A DNA stretch of 63,950 bases, counting the filler, from Octopus bimaculoides (taxonomy: Eukaryota), in NCBI RefSeq assembly GCF_001194135.2. It is 6 parts of 6 records of this genome, joined end to end, with 100 filler letters (N's around TTAATTAATTAA, not from the genome) between each part and the next. Parts side by side here need not be neighbours in the genome. Positions count along the whole stretch, not along the records: positions 1 to 18,392 come from NC_068984.1; positions 18,493 to 35,836 come from NC_068986.1; 4 more parts are not named here. One strand, 5' to 3'. Positions within the stretch are counted from its first letter, which is position 1. The number at the start of each line of letters is the position of its first letter. Positions 11,499-23,240 of the stretch are shown in pieces. The translations under genes were made by a program, and so were the position numbers. The notes beneath the pieces are model-generated. The model was not told the DNA's origin and did not search any database. It saw only the letters and a program-made list of their open reading frames with translations.

Positions 11499-12275
11499 AG
11501 AAAAAAATTTATATTCAAAATTATTTCGTGCTAAAAGTTGTCGTATTTCGGTAATTTCAACCAATCACTGACATCTATTGAGGTGAAAACAATTACTGCT
11601 GTGGATTGTAAACAACACGTTGTGACAGTGTAATGGGATCTTTTCCCTTGAATAAAATTAGTGCCGTTGTTTGTCAACGACAACTATCGGCAGTACTGTT
11701 ATTTATGATATCGTTCGTGCGTTTGTACTGGTTTTAGCTTTAGGGTTTTAGGGTTAGGGTTTGGGTTTTAGGATTAGGGTTTGGGTTAGGGTTTTAGGGT
11801 TAGGGTTTGGGTTTTAGAGTTAGGGTTTGGGTTAGGGTTATGAGTATTTAAATACTCATAACCCTAATCCTAAAACCCGAACCCTAACCCTAACCCTAAC
11901 CCTAACCCTAACCCTAAAACCCTAAAGCTAAAACCAGTACAAACGCACGAACGATATCATAAATAACAGTACTGCCGATAGTTGTCGTTGACAAACAACG
12001 GCACTAATTTTATTCAAGGGAAAAGATCCCATTACACCGCTAGAACGTGTTGTTTATATTCCACAACAGTAATTGTTTTCACCTCAATAGACATCAGTGA
12101 TTGGTTGAAATTACGGAAATACAACAATTTTAACACAAAATAACTTTCAAAAGATAAAATTTTCTTAATAACACTAAAAGTAAAAGATGTTTTATATGAC
12201 ACATTCTACCAGTGTCCCAAGTTTGAAAATGTTTCATTAAGAAAACAAGTGGTGCCCGCCAAATCAGAAGGATCC
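11499..12275. mobile_element. Related MITE subfamily with long internal palindrome containing telomeric repeats; left end lost in gap
   Basis: Right end AGTGGTGCCCGCCAAATCAGAAGGATCC matches 17/28 positions of the 7463 TIR. 43 bp at 12182-12224 are identical to 8071-8113, and the left subterminal region is also homologous. Confidence 0.8.
11737..11925. repeat. Interstitial telomeric-type repeats, head-to-head: TTAGGG/TTTGGG/TTTTAGGG variants, then (CCCTAA)n
   Basis: Read directly. The two arrays flank the zero-spacer palindrome TTATGAGTATTT|AAATACTCATAA centred at 11849/11850. Confidence 0.95.
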
Positions 12276-12333
12276 AAATTGTTTGTTTTAAAAGAAAGAA
12301 TGTATATATACATACACACAAACACACATGCAC

Positions 12334-12390
<57 letters not shown>

Positions 12391-12900
12391 TGATTTTGTA
12401 TTTCTCTTATCACTTGCTGGTTGTAAACTGTCATTTTCTTGCAGTCATCTATGAAAGCAAGCCTGAGCTGTCTGTTGTTTGATAAATTAGGAGAATATTA
12501 TCTCGTATGGAAACAGGTGGTGATTGTTACAGAATATACTCTTGTGTGACCTATGCACGCATGGAAATTAGGTATTAAAATGATGATGGTGATGATAACA
12601 TCTGGTTCAATTGTCTGGGCATACTTAATTCAACTGCCTAGGATGGTTTGAGTGGCTGGCAGTGTGGACAGCAGGGCAGGAGACCAGTTATCCTGGAATC
12701 CTATCCCTGAGCTGTGATAGTCAATGAGAGCATTGGAGTTGGAGGTAGAGGGTAATACAGTGGGTGAACATTGTGATAAGGTGGTAGGTGTGAGAGAGGG
12801 ATAAAAAGAAGGGAGACAAGACACACATCAAGATGCTCAACTGATCTCAGTTGTTAACAGGTTTAAATTAATGCTAAAGAGAGATTTGAATTACCCTCTA

Positions 12901-13082
12901 GTAAAGCACCCACTACACTCTCGAAGTGGTTGACGTTAGGAAGGGCATCCAGCTGTAGAAACTTTGCCAGATCGGATTGGAGCCTGGTGCAGCCTTCTGG
13001 CTTGCCAGCCCTCAGTCAAACCATCCAACCCATGCCAGCATGGAAAATGGATGTTAAACGATGACAATGATGATAATGATGA
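12901..13082 (+). mobile_element. Retroposon family A copy
   Basis: Direct homology to 20-192. A more diverged minus-strand relative lies at about 3801-3960. Confidence 0.8.
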
Positions 13083-13741
13083 TATACTTCCTAATAAAGA
13101 TAATCAATATTAGGTCTGCTTCAGGCGGTGTGTTGACAGAATCATTACTGTACTGGATAAAATGCTCCATGGCATTTTGCCGACTTTATTTTCTGAGTTC
13201 AAATGCCACTGGAGTCAGTTTTGCCTTTCATCCTTTCAGAGCCGAGAAAATATGTACCAGTTGAGCACTGGGGTCGACCTTATCGATTTAGTCCCTATCC
13301 TGAAATTGCTGGCCTGGTGCCAAAATTTGAAACCAATATTAGATCTTACCATGGGGTTAAACATCACCACCACCAATAACAACATAATCACTATCGCAAT
13401 TATAGGGCTATACAGCATTTCTGATATATATTCTCATAAGTTATTTATTTATCTGACAGTTATTCAACAGACAATCTAATGTACTTTTCCTGCTATCAAG
13501 CAAGCCAAAGATATTTAAGTAAGCTAATTATATATGTATATATACTGTGTTTGTATTTTGTTTTTATCAAGAAAATCATTTAAAAATGTGCCAGATTGGC
13601 TGATAGTAACTGTGTGTGAGTGACATTGTTTGTACATACACTCTGAAATTAGATTTGAGAGGCTGTCATTTGTTTCTTTATTCTTTTTAACAATAACAAA
13701 TAAAGGTTGGTGGTATGAAAGAAATAACTGAGCAACAGATT

Positions 13742-13895
13742 TCTATACAATGTTTTGTTTTAGGCCCCTTTATTAAATGTCTATCCTATAATTTTGTTTT
13801 AACTCCCTCAATCTGATGTCTCCACTGTATTTTGTTTTAGCTCCCTCTATTAAGTGATTGCACTATATTTTGTTTTAGCTCTTTCTATTTAAGCC
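13742..13895. repeat. Minisatellite, 4 copies of an approximately 38-bp unit with core TTTTGTTTTAGCTCC
   Basis: TTTTGTTTTA recurs at about 13753, 13791, 13830 and 13867. Confidence 0.7.
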
Positions 13896-14884
13896 TTTTC
13901 ACAGTCAACTTTGCCTTTTATTCCTCTGAAATTAAATATGTACCAGTTGTGTACTGAGGTCATCTGTTCCAAAGCAAGATAATATTTCCTCTTATTGTAA
14001 TATGTTTTTACAAAATATTGAAAATAAGATACACTGCTCATAAGACGATGACTCACATTTACAACTATTGCATGATGTCAAGACAAGTTACAAAGACACA
14101 CATGCACATGCACACACCAATCTTTGTATCATACTTGATGCAGGTATGCCATAGATAGCGGAATTACCTGCAGCATTTGTCTTGATATAATACCTCTTAT
14201 TGCTAAAAGCACAAAAGTATGTCAGTAACAGATGAAAATTGCCCAGCAGCAGTGGTGGTAGTACTAGATGTGCATTTCTTGCATCTTTGAGCTTTTTCAG
14301 CAGTAAGTATCCACTGGCACTTGCATGCTAAAACAAAATTCATTGTCAACTGATATAGAAAAACAATGATTGAAAAAAAATCACTGATGTTGCAGTTAGC
14401 TGGCCAGCTGAATAAAAATTTGTTTCATGCAACTGAAGCAGTATTAGTTTAAAACAGAAATCTGTGTATTATAATTCTATGTCAGTGATGGATGATTGAT
14501 TGTCTTAGCATGTGGTTGTCAGTGAATACTTGTGACTGACAAAACCCAAAAAAGCAGAAATGTGCATCTAGTATTTCCATTACTTTGACTGGATGATTTT
14601 TATTGCTGATGACATATTTTTACTTCTTAACTCTGTGCATCAATAAGATTATCTCAGGATGAATACTGCTATTAATTTGGCTTTCCATGATGTATCTGCA
14701 TTTAGTATGATATACAGATTGCTATTTTAAACTAATACTGCTTCTGTTGCACATAATGCACTCACACACACACACACACTATGGCTGCTTCAGCTGTTGA
14801 AACCAAGCCAAAGCATACTGGAGCATGATGCTGCAGTCCTTGGACCTGTTGGATTTTCCAAACAGTTTAACTCATGTCAGCGTG

Positions 14885-15075
14885 GAAGATAGACGTTTAC
14901 AGATGATGATGTTACATGATGGGCTTCTTTCAGTTTCCATTCATCAAATCCATTCATAAGGATTTGGCCAGCATGAGTCTGTAGTAGAAAAAAACACTTG
15001 CTCAGTGTACAGTACAGTGGGATTGAACTCAAAACCACATGGCTATGAAGCAAACTTCTTAACCAGACAACCATG
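14885..15075 (-). mobile_element. SINE family B, 5' half, diverged
   Basis: Reverse-complement homology to 10714-10880. Confidence 0.75.
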
Positions 15076-15371
15076 TCTGTGTCTATAGAGTCAATGTGAT
15101 GGGTTTGATTTTTAGTTGAGCACTTTCATTTCACTTATTTCATACCTTTTAAATCCTGGTTGATTTGCCCTCAACACAATGTATGAAATCTCTATAACTT
15201 TGTAATAATAATCAAACATTTTAATTTCAGGTACATGTACAACAATCATTTCTGTAATACAAATTTATTGCATAATCTCTTGTTGATCTTTTATATTGCT
15301 TTTGTGAATAAATTTTTAAAATATTTTAATTTTAATCATTTATGAGAAATATAACTTTTCTTTTGTTTCAG

Positions 15372-15539
15372 GAAGAATCAAATAACAGCAATCATGAATT
15401 TGATGAAATTCTTACAAATTATTATCGGGCATGTAAAAAGTTGATAAATGCTGAAAATACAGTACGATTACAGCAAGAAAATCATAAAAAATATCGTAAA
15501 GGTTTATGGCAAACTGTACAGGAACATGTTGTTGTCCAA
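15372..15539 (+). CDS. EPG5: Next coding exon (56 codons, phase 0/0) of EPG5 homolog
   Basis: Acceptor ttttgtttcag, donor CAA|gtaagt at 15540. EESNNSNHEFDEILTNYYRACKKLINAE...GLWQTVQEHVVVQ closely resembles recalled human EPG5 HEFYELLLNYSRCRKQLLLAE...RLWQFKEEQMSVQ. Confidence 0.88.
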
Positions 15540-16161
15540 GTAAGTTATTACTGATTATGTTGCAAAAATATTTCAATAACTAGCATGATCTTCTGTTAAG
15601 AATTTATATGTCCAGTTTTCCTTAAGGTGTATATTATTGTGTATATAAAAATATATAATTCTTGTCATTATCAAATAACTGAAATTATTGTCAAATAGTG
15701 TCTTTATTCAGTGACTTGACAATGATCACCAATTTATAAAGAAATGATAAATATTCTACTTGTTTTATGTTGTAACTGCCAGATCCAGCTTCTCACACCT
15801 ATCTTGCAAAGACATTCTAAAAATAAACTGTCATGTCATTGAAATTTCAAAGCTATGAGATAATGTATGTATTAATTCACTACAATGTGCATAAATAAAC
15901 ATTACATTTAACAGAGTAATATGGATGAGATACAGTAGGAGTTTGTAAAAGGAAGTGTATGTGTTGGCTCAATCTGAGTGCATACAACATGTGAGTTTAA
16001 AGGTTAATGTAGTGCAATAACAAACAGAGAAAATTATAAAGACAAGAGGTTATAGTATGTTGGTGAGTGACTCTTTATACACATCCATACAAGCTGTATC
16101 GTAAGCGTAATAATATGTTCTTAAATTAATTTTGCTCTATAATTATAAATGCTATTGAGAT

Positions 16162-16938
16162 TTAACATGGGAGTCACCAGTGACTCGCCATGCTATATTC
16201 TTGATATATCATGGTAATCATTGGTGATTCCCAATAGTGATTTTTTTTCATTTTTTTCGAGCATTACATTACTGTGGTTCAAACTACATTATTGAAATTT
16301 TAGGAAATGTACGGAACACATTTTTTTGTATTTCTCGGGTGGTTTTTGATTATGGAAACATAGAATTCATGTGAAGAAGTGAAATTAGGTTCAATATTAG
16401 AAGAGTGCAAACTGGCGAGCTGGCAGAAATGTTAGCATGCTGGGCAAAATGCTTAGCAGTATTTCATCTGTCTTTACATTCTGAGTTCAAATTCTACCGA
16501 GGTCGACTTTGCTTTCATCCTTTCGGGGTCGATAAATTAAGTACTAGTTGCATACTGGAGTCGATCTAATTGACTGCCTTCCCTCCCCTAAAAATTTCGG
16601 GCCTTGTGCCTAGAGTAGAAAAGAATAATAGAAGGGTGCAAGTCATTGTCATCTCCATCATTAGAGCTCTGCCCTCCACAAAATAATTTTTGTGAAAAAG
16701 AAATCATTAAGGTTTATATAATATAATCTGAAATATAATTTGTAAAAAAAGAAAAAGTCATAAATACATAAAAAAAAACCTGTAAATGGAGGTATGAAGT
16801 AAGGTGTTATAAGCCCAACAGTTGTTTCTTGGAGCTTGGAGATCCATCAGCTGTCGGACTTATAACACCTTATTTTCTCCCTTTTAAATGGAAGTGTGAT
16901 GGACATTTTAACATGTGTATTACCAGTGACTCCCATGG
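16162..16938. mobile_element. Possible piggyBac-like non-autonomous remnant containing a SINE insertion
   Basis: TTAA followed by palindromic CATGGGAGTCACCAGTGACTCGCCATG. An inverted copy lies at about 16210-16233, and an inverted terminal copy GTGACTCCCATGG at about 16926-16938. Confidence 0.35.
16414..16628 (+). mobile_element. SINE-like family C copy (EPG5 intron)
   Basis: Collinear with 57976-58190. Another intronic copy lies at about 13124-13340. Confidence 0.9.
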
Positions 16939-16940
16939 TA

Positions 16941-18390
16941 CAGAATGAGTGTAATACATTGAACCACAAAAGAAATGCGAGACGTGTGTGACTGTGAAAT
17001 ATGTTTTAATTTCACGGTGTCAGAGATAAATTTTGATAAAGTCAATTTCTTGGATGCACTTTGACCACAGTCTATGGGTCATTGTCATGTTCTGATAGTG
17101 GATGGATCGAGATTGTAGGGCGTCACATGTTCAATACCGTGTATGCCTTCACTGGGTATTCAAAATGGCCATACACCGTCGGTACATGGAGTGCATGAGG
17201 CGGTTCACAAAAGCCATTGGTACCTGTACCTACACCCTGAGGAAACTCCAGTTCCACATGAGTTGTCAGCCCTGGGACCACCAGGTTCAGCCATCTCTGG
17301 ATTTCATCCCACAGGTGTTCAATTGGGTTCATATTCGGGCTGAGAGCTGGCCACGGCATGGTTCTGATGTTGTGCTGACGCAGGAAGTCCATGGTGACCC
17401 TGGCCATGTGTTGGAGGGAGCATTGTCCTGCTGGAATATGTGGCTATAGTGATGTGCGAAGAAGGACATGATGTGAGGTCATAGGATCTGGTCAACATAG
17501 TGCTGCGCTGTGATGCCATTCTCTCTGCCTGCAATAACATTTTGGAACACATGGGGCCCAATTCTCTGATTCAGGCCTATAACACCCCAAACCATGATGC
17601 TTTAACCACCCCACGCATCTCTCTCCATGAAATGTGCATCTCTGTAGCATTCACCCCTCCCATGCTACATACTCATTCTGCCATCTGACGTGGAAATGCA
17701 ATACCGGCTCTTGTCAGAGAAGACTATCGATTTCCATTGTTGATACTGCCAATGTCAGTGCTGTGTAGCCCACTGTAGTTATGCTTGATGGTGGCAGGTG
17801 GTGAGGACAGGCCCTCGAGCAGGATGACAGCAACACAGGCTGTTGGCAGCCACTTGATGTCATACTGTGTCGTCACTGATGGGTCACCGTCCAGTGCCAA
17901 TGGTCTCACGAGGTGTCATGCTGTCTGGTCTGAAGCAATCATGGAGGTGTTGCAGGTGGATGAAGTGGTCACCTGGAGGCGCCCTCTGCGGGCATGGTCT
18001 GCATTGCTGTTGCAGGCAATAGATGATGCTGACATGGACATTATAAGCTTTTGCAACAACCAGAGCATGCTGCCTTGCCTGCAATTGGCCAATAGCTTGT
18101 TCTCTCTGTGCTGCTGACAATCAGGTCATACCCGATGTGTCCAAATTACAAATGCCAGGAATGTAGTTCAAGTTGATTTTTATACCCATAACCTTTATGA
18201 GATGCACATGCCTTTCGGTTTTCATGACAGTTGTTTGCAGCTGCCACCCACGGCATTCAATACAGCTGCATTTTGGCGTCTCGTTTCAGGGAAAGTTGAA
18301 AGGTTACCTGCAATTTGGGTCTCAGCCATAAACCAGCATATCTTGGAATATTTACACTCACATTGCTGATATGAATTTTCAGAATTTACC
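16941..18390 (-). mobile_element. Tc1-family (DD34E) transposase fossil
   Basis: Minus-strand fragments MSAAQREQAIGQLQA (HTH region), IVFSDKSRY, FQQDNAP and WPALSPNMNPIEHLWD; many stops and frameshifts. Ends approximate; only weak TIR similarity. Confidence 0.9.
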
Positions 18391-18392
18391 AT

Positions 18393-18492
18393 NNNNNNNN
18401 NNNNNNNNNNNNNNNNNNNNNNNNNNNNNNNNNNNNTTAATTAATTAANNNNNNNNNNNNNNNNNNNNNNNNNNNNNNNNNNNNNNNNNNNN
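18393..18492. other. Artificial scaffold join: 44 N + TTAATTAATTAA + 44 N
   Basis: The 12-mer at 18437-18448 has stops in all six frames; the identical 100-bp layout occurs five times. Confidence 0.97.
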
Positions 18493-19022
18493 TGTTGCAA
18501 AAGTTATACGTGCTTGATTCAAAAATTATAATTAGTAATGGCAGAACGGAAATGAACAGCGTGTAAATGGTTTCTAGCAAAGGAGAACAATTGTCAGTTG
18601 TGCATAGAAGTAAATAAGGAAAGGAAGTGAAATGTGACAGATAAGTGACAAAGTGGGAGTTGTTGTAGATATGTATGAGGAGATGGGTAGGACAGAGTGC
18701 AATACCATATATGAACAAGAGATCAAAACAAGCATATGTAAACAGGACAGCTTTTATACGCTAGCGAATACGTGTAAAGAAGTGAACTGAGCCTCAGTTC
18801 ATTGTTTCATCAGTTTTATCGAACCAAGAAAGTTCAGAGACATGGTCAAATCTGTAATAACTTTGAACTGAAAGCGTGAAAAAATATTGTAAGTAAAATT
18901 GTAACACCTTTTCTCCAAACTCGGTCTTGGCGCTGTTTATTCTCAACTTTTTACTCTTAACTCAAGCTTAACATTAGCGTTTTACTAGATACGTTGTAAT
19001 CAATATCTTTGTTAAATTGTTC

Positions 19023-19410
19023 AGATGTGGCTGTGTAGTAAGAAGCTTGCTACCCAGCCACATAGTTCTGGGTTCAGTCCCACTGCGTGGCACCTTGGGC
19101 AAGTGTCTTTTATATTGCCTCTGGTCGACCAAAAGTGCGAGTGGATTTGGTAAACGGAAACTGAAAGAAGCCCGTCGCATGTATGTATATGTATGTATAT
19201 ATATGTGTGAGTGTGTATTTGTGTCTGTGTTTGGCCCCATCACTGCTTAACCGGTGTTGGTATGTTTACATACATGTAACTTAGCTGTTCGGCAAAAGAG
19301 ACCGATAGACTAAGTACTAGGCTTAAAATACATAAGTTCTGGGGTCGATTCATTCGAATAATTCCTTCAGTATGGTCACAGCCAAATGAGTGAATAAGCA
19401 AAAGAAAAGA
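19023..19410 (+). mobile_element. SINE family B, near full length
   Basis: Head, short internal (TA/TG)n and 3' half GGTTCGGCAAAAGAGACCGATAG..AAGTACTAGGC. Confidence 0.85.
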
Positions 19411-22036
19411 TAAACATTGAGTGATGAGAGCTGGAGATAAAAGAGTGAAAGTATAATCAATGCAGAACAAAGTAGCACTTTACAATTTTACCTTATATTT
19501 CAATANNNNNNNNNNNNNNNNNNNNNNNNNNNNNNNNNNNNNNNNNNNNNNNNNNNNNNNNNNNNNNNNNNNNNNNNNNNNNNNNNNNNNNNNNNNNNNN
19601 NNNNNNNNNNNNNNNNNNNNNNNNNNNNNNNNNNNNNNNNNNNNNNNNNNNNNNNNNNNNNNNNNNNNNNNNNNNNNNNNNNNNNNNNNNNNNNNNNNNN
19701 NNNGGTGGTGGTGGTGGTGGTGGAGGAGTGAAATGAGGCGGTTCATCCCGAATAACGCTTTTATGGAAGCGGCACTTTTTGGTTTGCTGTATAAGCCTGT
19801 ATAGACTGTATTGCCGAGCGAGGGGCGACCAGCTCAAGCGCTACCCCGGGCGGCACACACTCTTGCAACGTCACCGCCTTAGGGTGTTTAAACATCTCAA
19901 AAACATTCTGAGATCAGATCTCACCGACATCGACTATGTTTTTGATAACAAAAGTGGCAAAAGTAGTAATCAAATACAGCAGTAGAATCGATCGACTTTA
20001 CGAAATCACAAAAGTTGTAACCATATTCTTAAGTTACTGGAGGTGTGTGGCAGGATAGTTAGGGTATGATCATAAGATTGTGGTTTTGATTCCTGGACCG
20101 GGCAATGCGTTGTGTTCTTGAACTCATTTCACGTTACTCCAGTCAACTCAGCTGGCAAAAATGATTAATCCTGCGACTGACCGACGTCTTGTCCGTTGGG
20201 GAATATACACGCCAGAGAAACCGGGAAACTGACCCTATGAGTCGGTCGATATGACTCGGGAAGGATCTTTATCCTTTATTCCAAAGTTATAAATGAATAT
20301 ACCTGCATAGATTTTTATTTGGGTCAATCTTTTATAAAATACTGCTGTCGCAACAACTTCTAATATAAAGGCACAATTTAAACCTTTTACATAAATACAT
20401 TCGAAAAAGGTTATTTCTAGTTTTCCAAAAATGTTAAGTAGATCTGAACTTTCTCACAGGATTTAACTCATAACGTTGGCTAATTTAAATTTCAGTTTGA
20501 TCTTTGAAGAGTTAAATGTTTGACAAGAGCATGACACCACAAAACACATTGTCAGTTGTATAATATAATTTCACGAAAACAGTGGGAAAATTTTGTACCG
20601 AAACGAAACCCACTCACTCATGACTATTGTATATTTCTGGTAACGAACAGAATTAATTGCGACTTTCAACGACGATTAATAGTTAACGCTTGGTGCCACA
20701 TGACATAACTCTATATCTATTTGACGTCATAAATTAAAATACAGTGGAAAATAATTTTCTTTGTTTGGATCTATTACACTCCGATGATTCTTTATTTTTT
20801 AAATCAGTTTATATAAGGAGGGACAGTACTCATTACCACTTAAGACTTTGTTAGTCTGAAAGAAGGGATACTTGGATGAAGTTCATGTTTTTTTATATTC
20901 TGTTTAAATAAAGAGGAAAAAGAGTTCCAAGGATATTCTCGTTCTCTGGTCTGCTAAAGTATTAAGTGACTAAAGCAATGGTGTTAAGGTGAAGGTGAAA
21001 GAAGTGGATGTAAGCAAGTAGATTTGAGTGGGTGAGCGGTTAACATGAAGTTTACGGTCGTAAAACAGTGAAAATGAATTGCGATAGAAACCGCTTTCTA
21101 TCAGAGTTTACCGTTACCTCCCAAAATTTCATATAAACAACATAAAGAACTCGCTCATTATTCTATGTCCACAATCACCTACATTTATAATATCTTCTAG
21201 TGATACGTTAAGTATTTCAGAAATAGCTGCTGAGGTACACCGTTCCAATGGATTATACCCAGCAACGAACACCAGCAACAGGCGTGATTGTTTTTCATCT
21301 TATGTAAAATACATGTACGTTCTATACATTGGTTAAGTCATATACAGTGTTGACTTGAAATTATGGGAAGCTACACTGTCACTCCTGGTTTCTTTCGCAG
21401 TTTCTATCATTATTTTTAGGACAAATTACTTTCCCTTTTGAACGGCCATAAACTGTATGTTAACCGATTTAAGTTTAGCGTGTGCATAATAGGTCAATAA
21501 CTTCGGAAGAATGAAAAAAAAAAAAGTCTGGTCAAAGATATGAAATACGTTCACAATGTAAAACTTAGCATAACAGGCCTCCAGTCTGAAGCCATATTTC
21601 TATTCATTTTTTTAAGTTCAGAAAATTTTCATAGATCGTTGGACGTAGGTAGTCTGTAACACCTACTAAGCAATTTTCGCAACGACTGTGCGGTACACTG
21701 GACAAGAGTATTCCCTTGTAGTATCAGTTTTTGTTAATGACGTGAATATAAGTTGGTGAATGGAACTCGTTGGGAAGCATACGCATACATGTCTGCTTGT
21801 GATATGGTGTACGTGTCGGTGTCCGCGTTTGTACTTAACCGCTATAAAAACCCTATATCTCACATGCGTGACTCGGTCATTCGTTTGAAAGAGCTCAATG
21901 AAATCAACACCGGACAGAAATTCGTACTAGAGTTAATAGATTCGACTAGAACTCTTAAAGCTTGTACTCTGTGTGGAACAATTTAATGACTAAAGTCAGG
22001 GAAGGAAACGGAAATGAAAAATTTCAAGCAAATAAG

Positions 22037-22202
22037 CGCAGCAGTGGCTGTATGGTAAAAAGCTTGCTTCCCAACCGCATGGTTCCGGGTTCAGTCCCAC
22101 TATATGGAACCTTGGGTAAGTGTCTTCTACTCTAGCCTCAAGCCGACCAAAGCCTTATGGGGGGGATTTGGTGGAGGGAAACTAAAAGAAGCCCGTCGTA
22201 TA
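22037..22202 (+). mobile_element. SINE family B 5' half, followed directly by a Helitron-like element
   Basis: Homology to 10714-10880 stops at GAAGCCCGTCGTATA. Confidence 0.85.
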
Positions 22203-22400
22203 TCTACATCTATAAAACTGAGAATGTCTGTCTGTCGGTCTGTCTGTGTGCATCACTAAAACTCCAGAACTGCCCAACCGATTTCATTCAAATTTTACAC
22301 ATGCCTTACTTAGGGTCCATGCAGTGTCATAGGTCAAAATAATTTCAACTTCTTGCTTAATCCGAGCCCGGAGCAAACTCTCATCTCTTACACAATTTCA
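22203..22400 (+). mobile_element. Helitron-like non-autonomous 5' end
   Basis: A|TC start TCTACATCTATAAAACTG followed by (GTCT)n and CAACCGATTTCATTCAAATTTTACAC, as recalled for non-autonomous Helitron-type elements. 3' hairpin/CTRR end not identified. Confidence 0.5.
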
Positions 22401-23027
22401 ATATTACGTGTCGAAAGTGAAACAATAACATCTCTATTGTAATGTGAAATAATGCATTTATGACGACAAAAACAGTCCTCCATACTCTACTAACATGCCA
22501 AGGACCAACATGGAGGCAACCTGGGTCAACTCGACATCCGCATTTTATCCAAGCACCCAAAAGATCCAACCTTCAGACAAATACAGAAGCACGTCCTCAT
22601 AAATGAAACATCCCCAGTACTAAACAGAAAATATACGTAGTAGGTAATCATACCCCCATACCCACAGTTTACATCTATATGCAGGTAGAATAATTAGTGG
22701 GCTGTTATGTAGATGTATGCATGTGTGTGTGCGTGTGTGTATGTATATGTATGTGTATATGCACATGTATGTAGGCAACTGGATATGAAAGTAAACAGAT
22801 AGACATACAAACGGATAAGTACATAAGTAATGTGAACAGACAAACACACATACACAAAGTCTGAAACATGACCATACACAGACACTTCGCTTCACACAAG
22901 GACACATATGGAGACACACATCCGCACATATGGAGATGCACATCCATATATACAGACACAGTACATAATCACAAAAACCCATACACACACATACAGACTC
23001 AAGCATGCATACACAAGGAGACAGAGG

Positions 23028-23073
<46 letters not shown>

Positions 23074-23183
23074 CGAACACACAAACGCGAACACACAAAC
23101 ACACAAACATGAATATGCAGAATATATACATACAAACGTACACGCATACATACATATACATACGCACACACGCACACACATAT

Positions 23184-23240
23184 ATCTTCTTCTTCTTCTT
23201 CTTCTTCTTCTTCTTCTTCTTCTTCTTCTTCTTCTTCTTC
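23184..23240. repeat. (TTC)n microsatellite
   Basis: Perfect array. Confidence 0.95.

Noticed and set aside
11737-11925. Real chromosome end or ancestral telomere-fusion site
   Set aside because: The arrays are short, lie in an intron, and are enclosed by transposon arms homologous to a TSD-flanked element at 7463.
18437-18448. TTAATTAATTAA as a biological motif (for example a homeodomain site or TSD)
   Set aside because: It is always centred in exactly 44+44 N, so it is an assembly spacer.
18783-18801. 9-bp perfect inverted repeat TGAACTGAG-C-CTCAGTTCA
   Set aside because: Short and isolated; one such match is plausible by chance in 64 kb.
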